From a virus, in IMG/VR virus record IMGVR_UViG_3300045988_128491: a stretch of DNA of 57,627 nucleotides, one strand, 5' to 3'. Each line of letters starts with the position of its first letter. Within the stretch, counting starts at the first letter, position 1. Below, piece by piece: positions 33,938-45,063 of this stretch. The position numbers were made by a program, and so were the translations under genes. The notes under the pieces were generated by a model. The model had not been told where the DNA came from. It did no database searches and saw only the letters and a program-made list of their open reading frames with translations.

Positions 33938-35077
33938 CTACCATTTTATATGAATACAACCACTGTTACCGTTACCGCCATTACTACCACCATCATTAGT
34001 GCCACCACCACCACCACCACCACCAGCGGCACCATAAGTGGTACTAAGGTATTTAGAGAAGGTATTGATAACTATAGGGCCAGTTACGGACCCACCAATA
34101 CCACCAGCGCCGCCATAGGCAGGATGATTACTACCACTGCCAGAAAAACTTACTATGCCGCCACTACCGCCGCCACCACCTCTTGCTAAAATAACATTAT
34201 CTATACCAGAGGCACCGCCGCCGCCACCACCGCCACCACCATAAACGCCTTTCCAAGAGCCAATTAAACCGTGACTGCCTATACTACCGCTAGAAAGATT
34301 AGAGGCACCGCCACTACCACCGCCACCATTCGACCCACCTGCGCCGCCGCCACCGCCGCCACCACCTATATGGATTGAATGGGATGATAGAGGGGTTACT
34401 ATTAACGGTACAAAGTCTAGTGCTTCGCCATGCATACCAGCTGCTCCCGCATTAGAACCACCGCCGCCTCCACCACCTCCGCCTCCAACGGCAGTGACTA
34501 CAAGAGTGGACACTCCTTCAGGCACCACAAAAGTATCGTTAGCAGTAAACAGCTTTTCACCATGAGTTGCGTTCCCTCCAGTAACACCTGAGCTTAGTAT
34601 GCCATTAGTGATTGTTAGTCCGTCACCTATTTTTACACCGCCTAGCGTGGTGGCACTAGCTACTGGCAAAGAGTAATTAGACAGTTCATCTAATTTCTTT
34701 TTCTGTGCAGCGGTCATCAGACCGGATGCGCTATCTGTAACTGTTCCGTAGGTTGTATCAGTGAATTTTGCATTTACCGGTACATCAGAATTAACTGTGT
34801 GTCCATTAGCCTTTAGAGCATTATCCGCAGTGGTAGCCCTGCTAACTAAACCTTTATTACCGGACAAGTTAAACAACTCTACCCATGTTGCGCCATCAGC
34901 ATTAAGCTGGTACAGCTTTTGTTCGTCGGTTCGGAAGCACAGCATTCCCGGCTGTAAATTTATAGTAGGAAACGCTGGCCCGCTATTACAGCTGATTGCT
35001 GTTTTATCATTGTTGAGCAGGAGTTCCCTTGATTCTCTCAATGTTTTGTTCTCATCTATTTCAGTATATTTCTGCAC
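33938..35077 (-). CDS. glycine-rich tail fiber protein
   Basis: Poly-Gly runs (GGGGGGGGGS, three times) after an N-terminal tail-fiber-like region. 379 aa. Confidence 0.55.
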   Translation of the reverse strand: MQKYTEIDENKTLRESRELLLNNDKTAISCNSGPAFPTINLQPGMLCFRTDEQKLYQLNADGATWVELFNLSGNKGLVSRATTADNALKANGHTVNSDVPVNAKFTDTTYGTVTDSASGLMTAAQKKKLDELSNYSLPVASATTLGGVKIGDGLTITNGILSSGVTGGNATHGEKLFTANDTFVVPEGVSTLVVTAVGGGGGGGGGGSNAGAAGMHGEALDFVPLIVTPLSSHSIHIGGGGGGGGAGGSNGGGGSGGASNLSSGSIGSHGLIGSWKGVYGGGGGGGGGASGIDNVILARGGGGGSGGIVSFSGSGSNHPAYGGAGGIGGSVTGPIVINTFSKYLSTTYGAAGGGGGGGGTNDGGSNGGNGNSGCIHIKW

Positions 35078-35091
35078 TGTTATTTACCTCC

Positions 35092-36018
35092 TTAACAGCC
35101 TAGTGCCTGCCAGGATATAGTTCCTGCACATAGCACATTACTGGTATCTCGTAGCTCCACATAAAATCCTTTTAGATTCACCTCTAGAATGTTAGGGATA
35201 ATTACTTTGCCTGTAGAGCCAGTCATAGTGATTGTAACCTCTGGAATCTGATAAAATTCAAGCTCAAAGGGAATCCAAGTTTTTTCAGCTTCCACTTTTG
35301 TCACAGCATGGTCCTGAATATCCGGCAGATCGACAAATACTTTGTAACTTGATAGCAGTGTTCTCCCCTCAGTATTCATAGCGGATACCCTGCATTTCAG
35401 CAAAGCGTCTTTATAGGTATAATCACCACTAACAAAAGGCTGCCAAGGTTCGTACCCTGCGGGTATGTCCACATCAATCTCATTATCGGAAATGATAATG
35501 TCACTGATGACAGCCCTGCTGTTTTCGAGAATCTCGTCATGTACTGATACCTGTGACTTGCTGTGACTTACCAGATGCTTGGAAACAGAGTCGCTAAATA
35601 CTACTCGTTCCCTAATATTTCGGGACATAGTGCGTGTGTCTGATACCGCTTCACGCACATCTATCAAAGTATTTATTCTCAATGCTACAGAAGAGTTACC
35701 GCTATCTGCTATGCCGACAGACTCAGTAAACTTTTCATAGCGTTGTTTTGACAATTTGGGTATAATGCCGAATCTTTCAAGAATCATTATGCGATACTTA
35801 ATGTTATCTGCATAGGAGCTTCCAACATGAATAGGGATATTCTCATTGGCAGCTACCGCCTTATAATGCGACTCATTGAGCGTAATTACATCGGCTACAT
35901 CTATCACCCAAAGACTTGAATATCCGTTTATTCTCCAGGTACCAACAGCCTCACTCCATTTTGCAGAATTGAGCTTACTCCACTTCGATGCAAGGGGCTG
36001 TTTTTCTACCGTAACCAT
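35092..36018 (-). CDS. tail fiber / baseplate-associated protein
   Basis: 308-aa ORF in the tail-tip module. Confidence 0.5.
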   Translation of the reverse strand: MVTVEKQPLASKWSKLNSAKWSEAVGTWRINGYSSLWVIDVADVITLNESHYKAVAANENIPIHVGSSYADNIKYRIMILERFGIIPKLSKQRYEKFTESVGIADSGNSSVALRINTLIDVREAVSDTRTMSRNIRERVVFSDSVSKHLVSHSKSQVSVHDEILENSRAVISDIIISDNEIDVDIPAGYEPWQPFVSGDYTYKDALLKCRVSAMNTEGRTLLSSYKVFVDLPDIQDHAVTKVEAEKTWIPFELEFYQIPEVTITMTGSTGKVIIPNILEVNLKGFYVELRDTSNVLCAGTISWQALGC

Positions 36019-36440
36019 CAGGACAATGTGAACTGAAAGTTCACAGTAATCTCATCGTCTTCATCAATATTCGCTACTTTGAAAGTAACACGGTCAAGCA
36101 TCACTCCGTCAGCATTAAACACACCAGCCTCGGTAATCGCGCCTGTAGCTTCCCCTGCAGCAAAATGTGAGGATAGGGAAAACACCTTAGTGCCTATAGT
36201 GTGGTTATAGCTGGCTTCACCCTCTGCAATCTTCGCTTCAAGAGCTGTCATAGCTGCCGTCGTGTCTGATGTTCCGCTGCCAACCTGTATCTTGCTGACA
36301 GGTTTAGGCTGGGCAACACCACCAATTGCTGCACAGATAAGGTCAAAGCCGCTATCAACAATCATATTATGTTTGATGATTTTTTCGGTGGTCCCGTCAT
36401 GGCGACTTACATCAATAGTCATTACTCCGTCAATTTTCAT
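36018..36440 (-). CDS. tail-associated hypothetical protein
   Basis: 140-aa ORF. Confidence 0.45.
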   Translation of the reverse strand: MKIDGVMTIDVSRHDGTTEKIIKHNMIVDSGFDLICAAIGGVAQPKPVSKIQVGSGTSDTTAAMTALEAKIAEGEASYNHTIGTKVFSLSSHFAAGEATGAITEAGVFNADGVMLDRVTFKVANIDEDDEITVNFQFTLS

Positions 36441-36533
36441 TGGAATGCTCCTCCTTGGTTTTCTTTACGATTACATTACCATTCTTTTTTACGATGATAA
36501 TGTTACAAGTTTCCCGCAAATTTGTAGACTCAT

Positions 36534-39500
36534 TCATGGTTCCAGCCTCATTTCTGTAAATTCTCCTAATGGAGCAAGAGCAGCTTCCATTACGGACTCT
36601 TTATTTTTGGCCACATTAGTGACTTTGAAAATTCTTGAACTCTGAGTTTGCTGAATGTAAATACCCAAAATATCACCCTCCCTGCAGTAGTTGAATACTG
36701 ATATACGATTACCGTAGTTGTCGACAAGACCAAACTCGTCGTTGACATACTCGGCTCTCAGCCACCCAAAGTCTCCCGATAATGTCATAAACACAACATG
36801 ATTTGCAAAGCTGTCTAGCACTCTAATATTGAAAGATAAGTGGTAGCACATTGGTATATTTACCGAGTACTTTATAGAGGTGGTAGGCTGTATCACAGCA
36901 CCTTTAGAAAATCTGCCATTTTCATAGGTAACACCTTTAGCTGTTGAAGCTCCCTCGGTGTTACCGTCAAGATTAAAGTCATATAGATAGTTTTTTGATA
37001 CTTTTCTTGTTATGAAATTTTCCACATTAACAAGTTCATCATCAGCTACAGGCAGCCACGCTATACCATAATCACCCCACCTATCTTCTATATCCTGCCA
37101 CGTCAAATCTTTTTCAATGTAACCAGCGTAGTACTCAATCCAGTTACGGGCATCCACTTCTTTAGCAAGATGCAGACTCGTAAAATACTCTGCAACGCGA
37201 ACACCGTCATCCATAACCAGGTCGTCACCGGATACTGAAAAGAAATTTTTAACTCCTTTCCAACCTGTTGCCTCCTCGTCAAATTCAGCAATCACATTCC
37301 GGGTAGTAGCTGGAGTAAGATTGATATTTATGAAAGAAGCATTTTTGCTGTACAACCCATAAGAATTATAGGCTTTTATGCTGAACTGCTGTGTACCCAG
37401 TTGAGGGAAAAAGACTGTATACACATTGGCTTTCAATTTGGCAACTATCTTGCCAGTTTCCCATGCTGCACCCCAGCGTAATTCAAAGCTCAGCCCTTTC
37501 ATCTCATCCCAAAAGAATTGTATTGTATCTCCATTTTTTACTGCATAAAAATTTGTGACTGCTGCGATGTCAGGTACCCCTACCGTCAGCATGCTGGCTT
37601 CATCTGAAGTTATACCCATGATATCCACTGCAACAATATAAGCAGTATACTTTGTAGCCACTTCCAAAGGGATAAAAGTGCTGGTTGTATTAACACCGTC
37701 CATAATAAGCGTGCAATCATTAATGTTGCAATCGCCCTCTCCTAGATAGAGCTTGTACCCCTTAAGGTCAATTTCGGTGTTAGCGTCCCAGGAGAACTGT
37801 ATTCCACCAGTAACTAATTTGTAGGCAAATCCTGTAACCTGCTTTGGTGGTAACGCTAAATCGAGTTCCCTTGTTTCCGTGATTGCTCCCTTTGTAAGTA
37901 CCGCACCATTCGATGTACGCACCTTGATATACTTAGGAGCGGTCGTAATATCAGTATTGAAGTAGGTTGTATCAAGGTCGGAGGCTAACAGTTCCCAATT
38001 TACACCATCAGCTGAGCTATACACATGGAATGAGCCGTTTGAGGCTCTTTCCCAGCTCACCCCTAATCTGAATACGATATTCAGGGTTGCTGTGGTGTAT
38101 TTCAGAATATCGGCCTGAAGACTTTTCACATCAAGTACTTTGTTTTCGTCCACGCTGTACTGTATGGGTGGTATGTCATACTTTTCATTATAGATATTCT
38201 CATTGTATTCAATGCACTCAATTCTCCTAGTAAAATCCTGTGCGCGGGATATTGACTTAACAACAAAAGGCTTGCTGCCAATGCTGGCAACGGCTAAATC
38301 AAATATATCATCAGCCTGTGGCAGATCTTCATCGTTGTAAGAGGTTTCAACTAACACCCTGCACCAGCCGTTACCGTTACTAATAATGCGTACATTGCTG
38401 GAATACATATTATCATTGACAGTACGATACCTGATTCTGTACTTACTCAGTGTCTCAGATAGCTCAACAGGAAGCAGCATCTCCTGTCCCTCTACTTTAT
38501 AAATTCGCCCAGACCTCGCCCACTTAGGTACATCGTGCGCAACCAATATGACATCACCTATGCTACACGCTATGGAGTCTATACCCGCCTCAAAGCTGAC
38601 AGTTCGGAGAAGATATTTGTTGCTGTACAGCTGGTACATACCTTCTCTATATGCCTGCTCATAAGAGGTTATGCCATTATAGGTAGCCTGCGCCATTCTC
38701 TCCACAGGTTGACTATCATAATCATCTGCATACACAGTAATGGTTTCCCTGGCATAGTCAGAATCTCGGTCCATGTAGGTAATCTCAATGCTGTTTGCCC
38801 TATCACTGGTCTGCATAAATTCTTCATTAAAACTGCCGGATATGATATTTCCCATGCCAAACATCTGCACAGGTGGTTTGGCGCAGTCCCATGTACAACC
38901 GTATCTGGTGCCAAACCTTAGCACCAGGCCTCTGCCGACATTTGCGATATTTTTATTTACGACATCCAGCATTTCACCCAGCGTAGTAAGCTCTATGTTA
39001 ATTTCCAGCTTCTTCTCTATACAAAAATCAGCCCATTCGGAAAATCTATCATAAAGCATATACTTTGCTGGTACGCCTCTAACTTCATATTCGCCAGTTT
39101 TGTTGCGAATATTTGTGATTTTACAGCATTGATGGATACAGTCATAGGAGGCCCATGCAGGATTGTTGGCGGGCTTTTCTTCGTATCTTTCATCGTATGG
39201 ATTCCACACCCATACGGTTTTTCTTTCCTTGATAAATGATATTGTAGGTGCACCGCTTAGCTGGTCAGTAGCTAATGCCTTTAAACCGATAAGAGCAATG
39301 TTAGGGTAGCAGAAATCATCATAGACTATGCTCGTCAGCTCTGACCACCATACTCTGACAGAAGCACGAGAACTCGTAACACTGTGAGAGCGTCCAGTAA
39401 CCTGCAGCTTCACTTGATAACTGCCAGCCTCCTGATGGTCAAGACGATACTCTTTACGCAAGGCAGAGGACTGTGCTCCGGATACATGCTCGTCAAGCCA

Positions 39501-40412
39501 GCTTACCCATGCACCATCATCTTTTCTGTACCATGCTTTAAAATTTACCCACGCTGTGCTAAGCCCACCTGAGTCATCTGCATAATACAAGCCGTTGGAG
39601 AATGTAATTTTTATCTTTATTCCCTCAGTGGCGTTGCCCTGACAGGTATCAATTCTTTCATCAGATGTAAGCTCATAACCTAGCTGCTTGGTAAAAAAGG
39701 TATCGTTGAAATTAGATATAGGCTGTTGGTCGTTCAGGCCCTCCCTGGTTTCCACAGTCAGCCCGTCATAATAATCTATGCTGTTATCATTCAGCTTTAT
39801 ATCTGAAATACTCAGAGGCCCCTCACCACAGGCAAGAAGCCAATTCAGATACTCCTTATTGTCAGCAATATCGACATACTTACCTATGGTCTGACCTGCT
39901 GATTTAACTTTGCCATAAGTAAGTGCTATGGAGTTGTTCTGTCCCTCCATAGTCGTAACACCACTCCAGGAATATGTGGGGTCCGTATTGTAGTCCTGGT
40001 TGAAGTTTCCTACATCTACCCTAGGAGCCAAAAATCTATTTATGAGCATACTACCAAGGAACATAGTAGCTGAGGCTGCTATGTATGATGTAGTAGTCCA
40101 CACACCTGCTGAATTTGCAAAAGCACCGCCTACGGCTCCAGCAGCAACAGTGAGTGCTACCATTGCAACCATTGCAAGAATGTTTTTTCCACCACCCTTG
40201 CCTACTACAGGGTGGATGGTTATAAAGTCCAAATCCTGAATTTCAGTATCATCGTCTGCACTTAGACCATTCAGCTGAACAACCATTTCACAAGGCAGAT
40301 CTGCATAGATATTCTTAACCTCCGCCAATGTCAAACCAGCTTTTAGCTTTATGACTTCTCTACCGTTCCACGGTTCGAAAGCATTTTTGATTTTTATCAA
40401 TGTTGCTGACAT
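36534..40412 (-). CDS. host-specificity / central tail fiber protein (lambda J-like) with an N-terminal gpI-like segment
   Basis: 1292 aa. N-terminal hydrophobic ILAMVAMVALTVAAGAVGGAF segment like lambda I. Large beta-rich body. Follows M-, L- and K-like genes. Confidence 0.75.
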   Translation of the reverse strand: MSATLIKIKNAFEPWNGREVIKLKAGLTLAEVKNIYADLPCEMVVQLNGLSADDDTEIQDLDFITIHPVVGKGGGKNILAMVAMVALTVAAGAVGGAFANSAGVWTTTSYIAASATMFLGSMLINRFLAPRVDVGNFNQDYNTDPTYSWSGVTTMEGQNNSIALTYGKVKSAGQTIGKYVDIADNKEYLNWLLACGEGPLSISDIKLNDNSIDYYDGLTVETREGLNDQQPISNFNDTFFTKQLGYELTSDERIDTCQGNATEGIKIKITFSNGLYYADDSGGLSTAWVNFKAWYRKDDGAWVSWLDEHVSGAQSSALRKEYRLDHQEAGSYQVKLQVTGRSHSVTSSRASVRVWWSELTSIVYDDFCYPNIALIGLKALATDQLSGAPTISFIKERKTVWVWNPYDERYEEKPANNPAWASYDCIHQCCKITNIRNKTGEYEVRGVPAKYMLYDRFSEWADFCIEKKLEINIELTTLGEMLDVVNKNIANVGRGLVLRFGTRYGCTWDCAKPPVQMFGMGNIISGSFNEEFMQTSDRANSIEITYMDRDSDYARETITVYADDYDSQPVERMAQATYNGITSYEQAYREGMYQLYSNKYLLRTVSFEAGIDSIACSIGDVILVAHDVPKWARSGRIYKVEGQEMLLPVELSETLSKYRIRYRTVNDNMYSSNVRIISNGNGWCRVLVETSYNDEDLPQADDIFDLAVASIGSKPFVVKSISRAQDFTRRIECIEYNENIYNEKYDIPPIQYSVDENKVLDVKSLQADILKYTTATLNIVFRLGVSWERASNGSFHVYSSADGVNWELLASDLDTTYFNTDITTAPKYIKVRTSNGAVLTKGAITETRELDLALPPKQVTGFAYKLVTGGIQFSWDANTEIDLKGYKLYLGEGDCNINDCTLIMDGVNTTSTFIPLEVATKYTAYIVAVDIMGITSDEASMLTVGVPDIAAVTNFYAVKNGDTIQFFWDEMKGLSFELRWGAAWETGKIVAKLKANVYTVFFPQLGTQQFSIKAYNSYGLYSKNASFININLTPATTRNVIAEFDEEATGWKGVKNFFSVSGDDLVMDDGVRVAEYFTSLHLAKEVDARNWIEYYAGYIEKDLTWQDIEDRWGDYGIAWLPVADDELVNVENFITRKVSKNYLYDFNLDGNTEGASTAKGVTYENGRFSKGAVIQPTTSIKYSVNIPMCYHLSFNIRVLDSFANHVVFMTLSGDFGWLRAEYVNDEFGLVDNYGNRISVFNYCREGDILGIYIQQTQSSRIFKVTNVAKNKESVMEAALAPLGEFTEMRLEP

Positions 40413-40416
40413 ACAA

Positions 40417-40821
40417 TCACCCTATATACTCATAGAATCCCTCAATCTGCTTTTTCCATGCAGGACTGTTTACGCGGTCAACGCATACTCCTACATTTTC
40501 CCGAATATGAATAAATTTTCCATTACCCACATATACGCCCGTATGGTTCACAACTCCTTTTGGCACGCCAAATCTTATAGCCATTACACACGGAATTGGG
40601 ATATGACTGCCATCTACTTTTTTCCAAAGACTGGTACCAACTTCCTGCTGAATAATGCCATTAATCTTCTCAACATTGTCCCAGTCAGCATAATACTCTG
40701 GAAGCTGAATACCGAGTTTTTTATAAACTTCCATAACCAAGCCATAGCAGTCAAGCCCGGTATTTTTATCCCTACCTCGATTCTTAAACGGAACACCTAT
40801 AAGGTCTGAATAATCAATCAA
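40417..40821 (-). CDS. NlpC/P60-family peptidase (lambda K-like tail protein)
   Basis: GLDCYGLV catalytic Cys, with His downstream. 134 aa. Confidence 0.7.
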   Translation of the reverse strand: MIDYSDLIGVPFKNRGRDKNTGLDCYGLVMEVYKKLGIQLPEYYADWDNVEKINGIIQQEVGTSLWKKVDGSHIPIPCVMAIRFGVPKGVVNHTGVYVGNGKFIHIRENVGVCVDRVNSPAWKKQIEGFYEYIG

Positions 40822-41426
40822 TGTACATACACTCCTTTTTGGTCAATTCCCTGAAAGCCTCCGAACCTTGCCGAGTTATTTCTTTCACGGCAGGAGAGCA
40901 AAGTGTGGTCACACCCTGGAAGAGTAGACTTTGCTCCACAACGAATCCCTTTATACTTAAAGGGGCAGTTATTTTTCATATAGCGGTTTAGCGGTCTGCG
41001 CGTGCGAGCACTATATTCGGTTCCTAGAGAAAATGTGATATAGCTTTGAGACACTTCTGTTTTTGTCACTACAAAGAACTCTTCTAACTCAGGTTCCTGA
41101 ACATCTAGCGCCTCTGTATTGACAACCCGAAGTATCACCTCTGTGTTATTACCACCGCCATTCTCCTCTACAAGGTATTGCAGAGCCTGTGAGGTATTAT
41201 CCACCGAAAGCTTTACATTCGGATCTGAACCATCGGTGTCCTCCGAAACTTCACTTATGGTAAATGGAAACGGAAGATACTCAGCACTATTCCACATAAC
41301 TGATTCGGTGTTGTAGCATATATGAATGGTCTCCTCACCAAGCTTTATATCAAGAAGTATCACGAAAGAACTTCCTGTAGACAGCTTGTTTTTTTCTTCT
41401 TTTGCTATAGCAGATAGCGAAATCAT
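40818..41426 (-). CDS. minor tail protein, lambda L-like (C-terminal Cys cluster)
   Basis: CPFKYKGIRCGAKSTLPGCDHTLLSC. RBS GGAGG lies 5 nt before the internal ATG. Confidence 0.55.
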   Translation of the reverse strand: MISLSAIAKEEKNKLSTGSSFVILLDIKLGEETIHICYNTESVMWNSAEYLPFPFTISEVSEDTDGSDPNVKLSVDNTSQALQYLVEENGGGNNTEVILRVVNTEALDVQEPELEEFFVVTKTEVSQSYITFSLGTEYSARTRRPLNRYMKNNCPFKYKGIRCGAKSTLPGCDHTLLSCRERNNSARFGGFQGIDQKGVYVH

Positions 41427-41428
41427 AT

Positions 41429-41791
41429 TCAAACCTCCGTAAGGGTAATACTGCCGGACCAATAGTCCTTAACCACCAGTGACCATTTTTCAAATTTAGT
41501 AATTCTCACCCGAATCTCATCGCGAGTATCTGCGAGAATCCCCTGCGGTTTCCAGTAAAATTCATTTGCCGAAAACTTAGCTTTATTCTTTATAAAATCC
41601 AATAATATGCTGTATTCCTTAGAGGGTAGATAACTCCATTTCAAAGTCCATGAACCTCTGCTTCTCGTAAATTTGGAACGGCTCTGCACAGAGCCATCCT
41701 CGAATTTACTTGTTATGGAAGTGTCTTCATAGGTCTCCTCCAATGGATACATCGGGAGTGGAATATCTGGAAAAATCAGCTTATCACTCAT
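41429..41791 (-). CDS. minor tail protein, lambda M-like
   Basis: 120 aa, directly after the tape measure gene. Confidence 0.45.
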   Translation of the reverse strand: MSDKLIFPDIPLPMYPLEETYEDTSITSKFEDGSVQSRSKFTRSRGSWTLKWSYLPSKEYSILLDFIKNKAKFSANEFYWKPQGILADTRDEIRVRITKFEKWSLVVKDYWSGSITLTEV

Positions 41792-44700
41792 GAAGTTGCT
41801 ACCCCCTTTATCAAGCTCCTCATTCCATTTTTGTTTGTGGCTACAGCATTAAGAACAACACTTATAACCCAGGATTCGCCGTCCCACTTAGGTGCCGTGG
41901 TTTCCGCCTTAGACTCAGTACCTGTCTGATTAATGACATTGATAGTAACATTCGGAGCTGTATTTTCACTAAGCTGTCTTTGCGTTGTATGTGTTGAAGT
42001 TACCTGCGCTCCACCACCATTGAGCGTAACAAATTCCGGACCATTCTCCCCGACTAAAAAAGTGTTACCTCCACCAGCGTATTTAGGTATATCAGTGACA
42101 TAACCTCCTGTAGCTCTTCCGCCTAGTCCAAAAAAGCCCCCGCCAAATCCTGAAGTATTGCCAAGCATACCGAAAACGGCATTCATTGTCCACTGTGTCA
42201 TGATTTGTGAAAGAATATTGGAAATGGATTTAGCTAGAGAATTAAAAAATGACTGACAGTAGTCACCAAATGACTTTAATTTGCCAGTCATAACTTCATT
42301 AAAGAAATCATCAAATGTGTTATTTAGGTTGCTTACGATGTCCTCTCCTAACTGTTTCACTGATTGCTTGACAGTTTTAAGCTTCCCTAACCCTGCCTGA
42401 ATACCGTTAAATAGATTTTCACTGTAAGTACCGTCACCCAAATCCTGCAAACTCTTCTTTATTTCAAGTAGCTCCGTGTTAACATCTCGCAACACAGTTT
42501 GCCAGGCCTTAAATGCCACAGTATCCTCATTAGCTAAAGCCTCGTCCATTTTAGACTTAACACTTGTAGCTATGCTTTCCAGCTTATCAGTATATCCGTG
42601 GTAAACATCAATCTGCTGGTCAATATAATGCCCCAAATCCATACTGCCTGTATCAAATAGGGATTTAATATCCTTTATCTTGTCAGACATTTCAGTGGTC
42701 AGACCTTTAAATTCAGTATTGATTTTCTTAGTAGCCGCCTCGAGATTAGCCTGCGCTTTGTATACAGATACTACATCCTCCACAGCCTCATTGTGTGCCA
42801 AATTATTCGTAAGAGACGATTTCTTGAACTTCTCTATGTCTTCGTTAATTTTACGCAGGTCATCGCTGTATTGCACATCGGCTTTGATAGTAAAATCCTG
42901 AGACAGATCTGCGCGGAGCAATTCTGTTTTAGACCTCATATCGGCTAAAGCATCATCAGCGGATTTTTTTAATTTCTCAGTTACACGCTTGTAATAATCA
43001 CTCAGAATTGACTCCAAACGAGTAGTATCTATTCCTCGGTTTTTAGCCTCCTCAATGTCCTTGTAATACTTCATATACTCATCATCTAGTGTAGCGATGG
43101 CCTGAGCATAGGAACTCTCGGTTTCTTTTTTCAGTTTTTTGTTAAGGTCATGCCAATCTTTATCAATCTTTTCTGCCCATTTTTGCGCTTCCTTAGCGGC
43201 TTTTTCGACTGCAGAAGTTCCGGTACTGCGACCTCTTGAAGACCTCCCATCACCAGTGCCACCAGTGTCAGCACTACTAGGCGATATTTCTTTTCGCCAC
43301 ATAGATGTACCGCCACTGCCAGCAGGGCCGCTTTTAATCTTTGTAGCATCAGTAATGCCCTTTTTTATTCCATCGAAATTTGCCTTAAATTTAGCGGTGA
43401 TATTAGACACTTTCTCAGAAATAAAATCGACGATTCCAGAGGCATAGCCACTCAGCTCTTTGAGTATCCCCAGTATTCTATCAACAAACCACTGTACTTT
43501 GGAAAGGATGGTATTTGCAATAGCGTTCCATATTGAGTTTAGTGAACTTTGTAAGCCCTCGAAAGCCGCACAAAAGTAGTCTATATAGCTGCCTATGATA
43601 CTGCTGGAGTCGTTTGCAGTATCCTCAGTACCACCAACGATTAGATTATACAGGCCGTCTGCAAAATCACCTGCAATGGATAAAACTCCGCCAAGTGCCA
43701 GCTCAAAGAGTGTACCGATAGCGTCAGCAAAACCTTCTAGCGCTGTGAGAACAGAATCCGTAATATTGGAAATTCCGTCAAAAAGCTCTCCGATAGCGCC
43801 TATGAACCCAGTAAATGCTTCAATGACTGCCTCAATTACATCAGCTACAAATTCAAATGCAGGAGATAATGTATCAGCAATCGTATCAGATAACTCATTC
43901 AAATATTCATTGGATTCGTTGGCAACATACATTAATTCATTAGCTATCTTATCTGCGACAAAGGTTATCGCTTCTGAAAGTACATCCAAAAAAGTTTTTG
44001 TTCCGGCGAGTGCTGCTGAAAATGCAGTAATAAAGCTGCTTCCCTCACCCAATGCGGTTTTAAAGCCATTAATGGAAGTTTGAAAGTTTATCAGCGCAAT
44101 ACCTATATTAGCAATGGCTGACAGTGCTGACCATATAACTTCAGCGAGTCCACTTACAGTCTGTTTTAGAGTCTGCCATACGATTAACGCACCATTAATA
44201 ACTTCCACTCCCAGCATATCCTTTAGGGTAGCACCTAATCCGATATCATTAATGCTGTTTACCGTATCAGCCATAAAATCCCTAATCTTTGACAAAGGTT
44301 CTTTAAGTGCTTCGAATAGTGGTTCTCCAATATCACCTAAAATATAGGCAATGTCATCTTTTACTGTGGCAAGCATTCCTGAAAAAGAATCGGATAGGGC
44401 TTTGGAAGAACCTGCAAACTGCTCTTCCATTCCTTCAACCAAAGCCTCTGCCACCTTACGGCCGCTTATATTCTGATTTCCTAAATTAGCAGCTTGGTCA
44501 GCAGTTAATCCGAGTTTATTCTGCAAAATCTCATATGGGTTTACACCAACTTCAGCCAGCTGCATCATTTCTTCTGCACTGGCCTTAGCTTTTACAGCGG
44601 TCTGACCTAGCGCCAGACCAATTCTGTCAATTCCCTCCTGCCCTTTACCCAGCGCAGCAGCCGCGTTAGCAGAAGCCTCTAACGCATCCTGAGCACCTTT

Positions 44701-45063
44701 AGCAGAAAATCCCATTGCTACCAATCTCTTACCGGCATCTGCGAGTCCTGGAAATTCGAAAGGTGTATTTGCTGCTAATCGGTGTAATTTACGAAAAGTT
44801 GCCTCTGCATCGTCGGCATTACCTAACAATGTAGTGAGGGCAATTTTCGTAGTTTCCATCTGTGCGTTATAATCTATAAATGCGCTTTTTCCTGCAGATA
44901 TGACTCCGCTTAGAGCCTCAAATCCTGTCTTGACTAATTCAACAGTTGAAAAGAGGCCGGTCATGACATTGCCCAGATTGCCCATATCTCCAGCTACATC
45001 TGAAAGCACACCGCTTAATTTATTTTCACCTAAAATACGGACAATTATACTTTGGTCAGCCAT
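41788..45063 (-). CDS. tail tape measure protein
   Basis: 1091 aa, helical and repetitive. Preceded by frameshifted chaperone genes. Confidence 0.85.
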   Translation of the reverse strand: MADQSIIVRILGENKLSGVLSDVAGDMGNLGNVMTGLFSTVELVKTGFEALSGVISAGKSAFIDYNAQMETTKIALTTLLGNADDAEATFRKLHRLAANTPFEFPGLADAGKRLVAMGFSAKGAQDALEASANAAAALGKGQEGIDRIGLALGQTAVKAKASAEEMMQLAEVGVNPYEILQNKLGLTADQAANLGNQNISGRKVAEALVEGMEEQFAGSSKALSDSFSGMLATVKDDIAYILGDIGEPLFEALKEPLSKIRDFMADTVNSINDIGLGATLKDMLGVEVINGALIVWQTLKQTVSGLAEVIWSALSAIANIGIALINFQTSINGFKTALGEGSSFITAFSAALAGTKTFLDVLSEAITFVADKIANELMYVANESNEYLNELSDTIADTLSPAFEFVADVIEAVIEAFTGFIGAIGELFDGISNITDSVLTALEGFADAIGTLFELALGGVLSIAGDFADGLYNLIVGGTEDTANDSSSIIGSYIDYFCAAFEGLQSSLNSIWNAIANTILSKVQWFVDRILGILKELSGYASGIVDFISEKVSNITAKFKANFDGIKKGITDATKIKSGPAGSGGTSMWRKEISPSSADTGGTGDGRSSRGRSTGTSAVEKAAKEAQKWAEKIDKDWHDLNKKLKKETESSYAQAIATLDDEYMKYYKDIEEAKNRGIDTTRLESILSDYYKRVTEKLKKSADDALADMRSKTELLRADLSQDFTIKADVQYSDDLRKINEDIEKFKKSSLTNNLAHNEAVEDVVSVYKAQANLEAATKKINTEFKGLTTEMSDKIKDIKSLFDTGSMDLGHYIDQQIDVYHGYTDKLESIATSVKSKMDEALANEDTVAFKAWQTVLRDVNTELLEIKKSLQDLGDGTYSENLFNGIQAGLGKLKTVKQSVKQLGEDIVSNLNNTFDDFFNEVMTGKLKSFGDYCQSFFNSLAKSISNILSQIMTQWTMNAVFGMLGNTSGFGGGFFGLGGRATGGYVTDIPKYAGGGNTFLVGENGPEFVTLNGGGAQVTSTHTTQRQLSENTAPNVTINVINQTGTESKAETTAPKWDGESWVISVVLNAVATNKNGMRSLIKGVATS

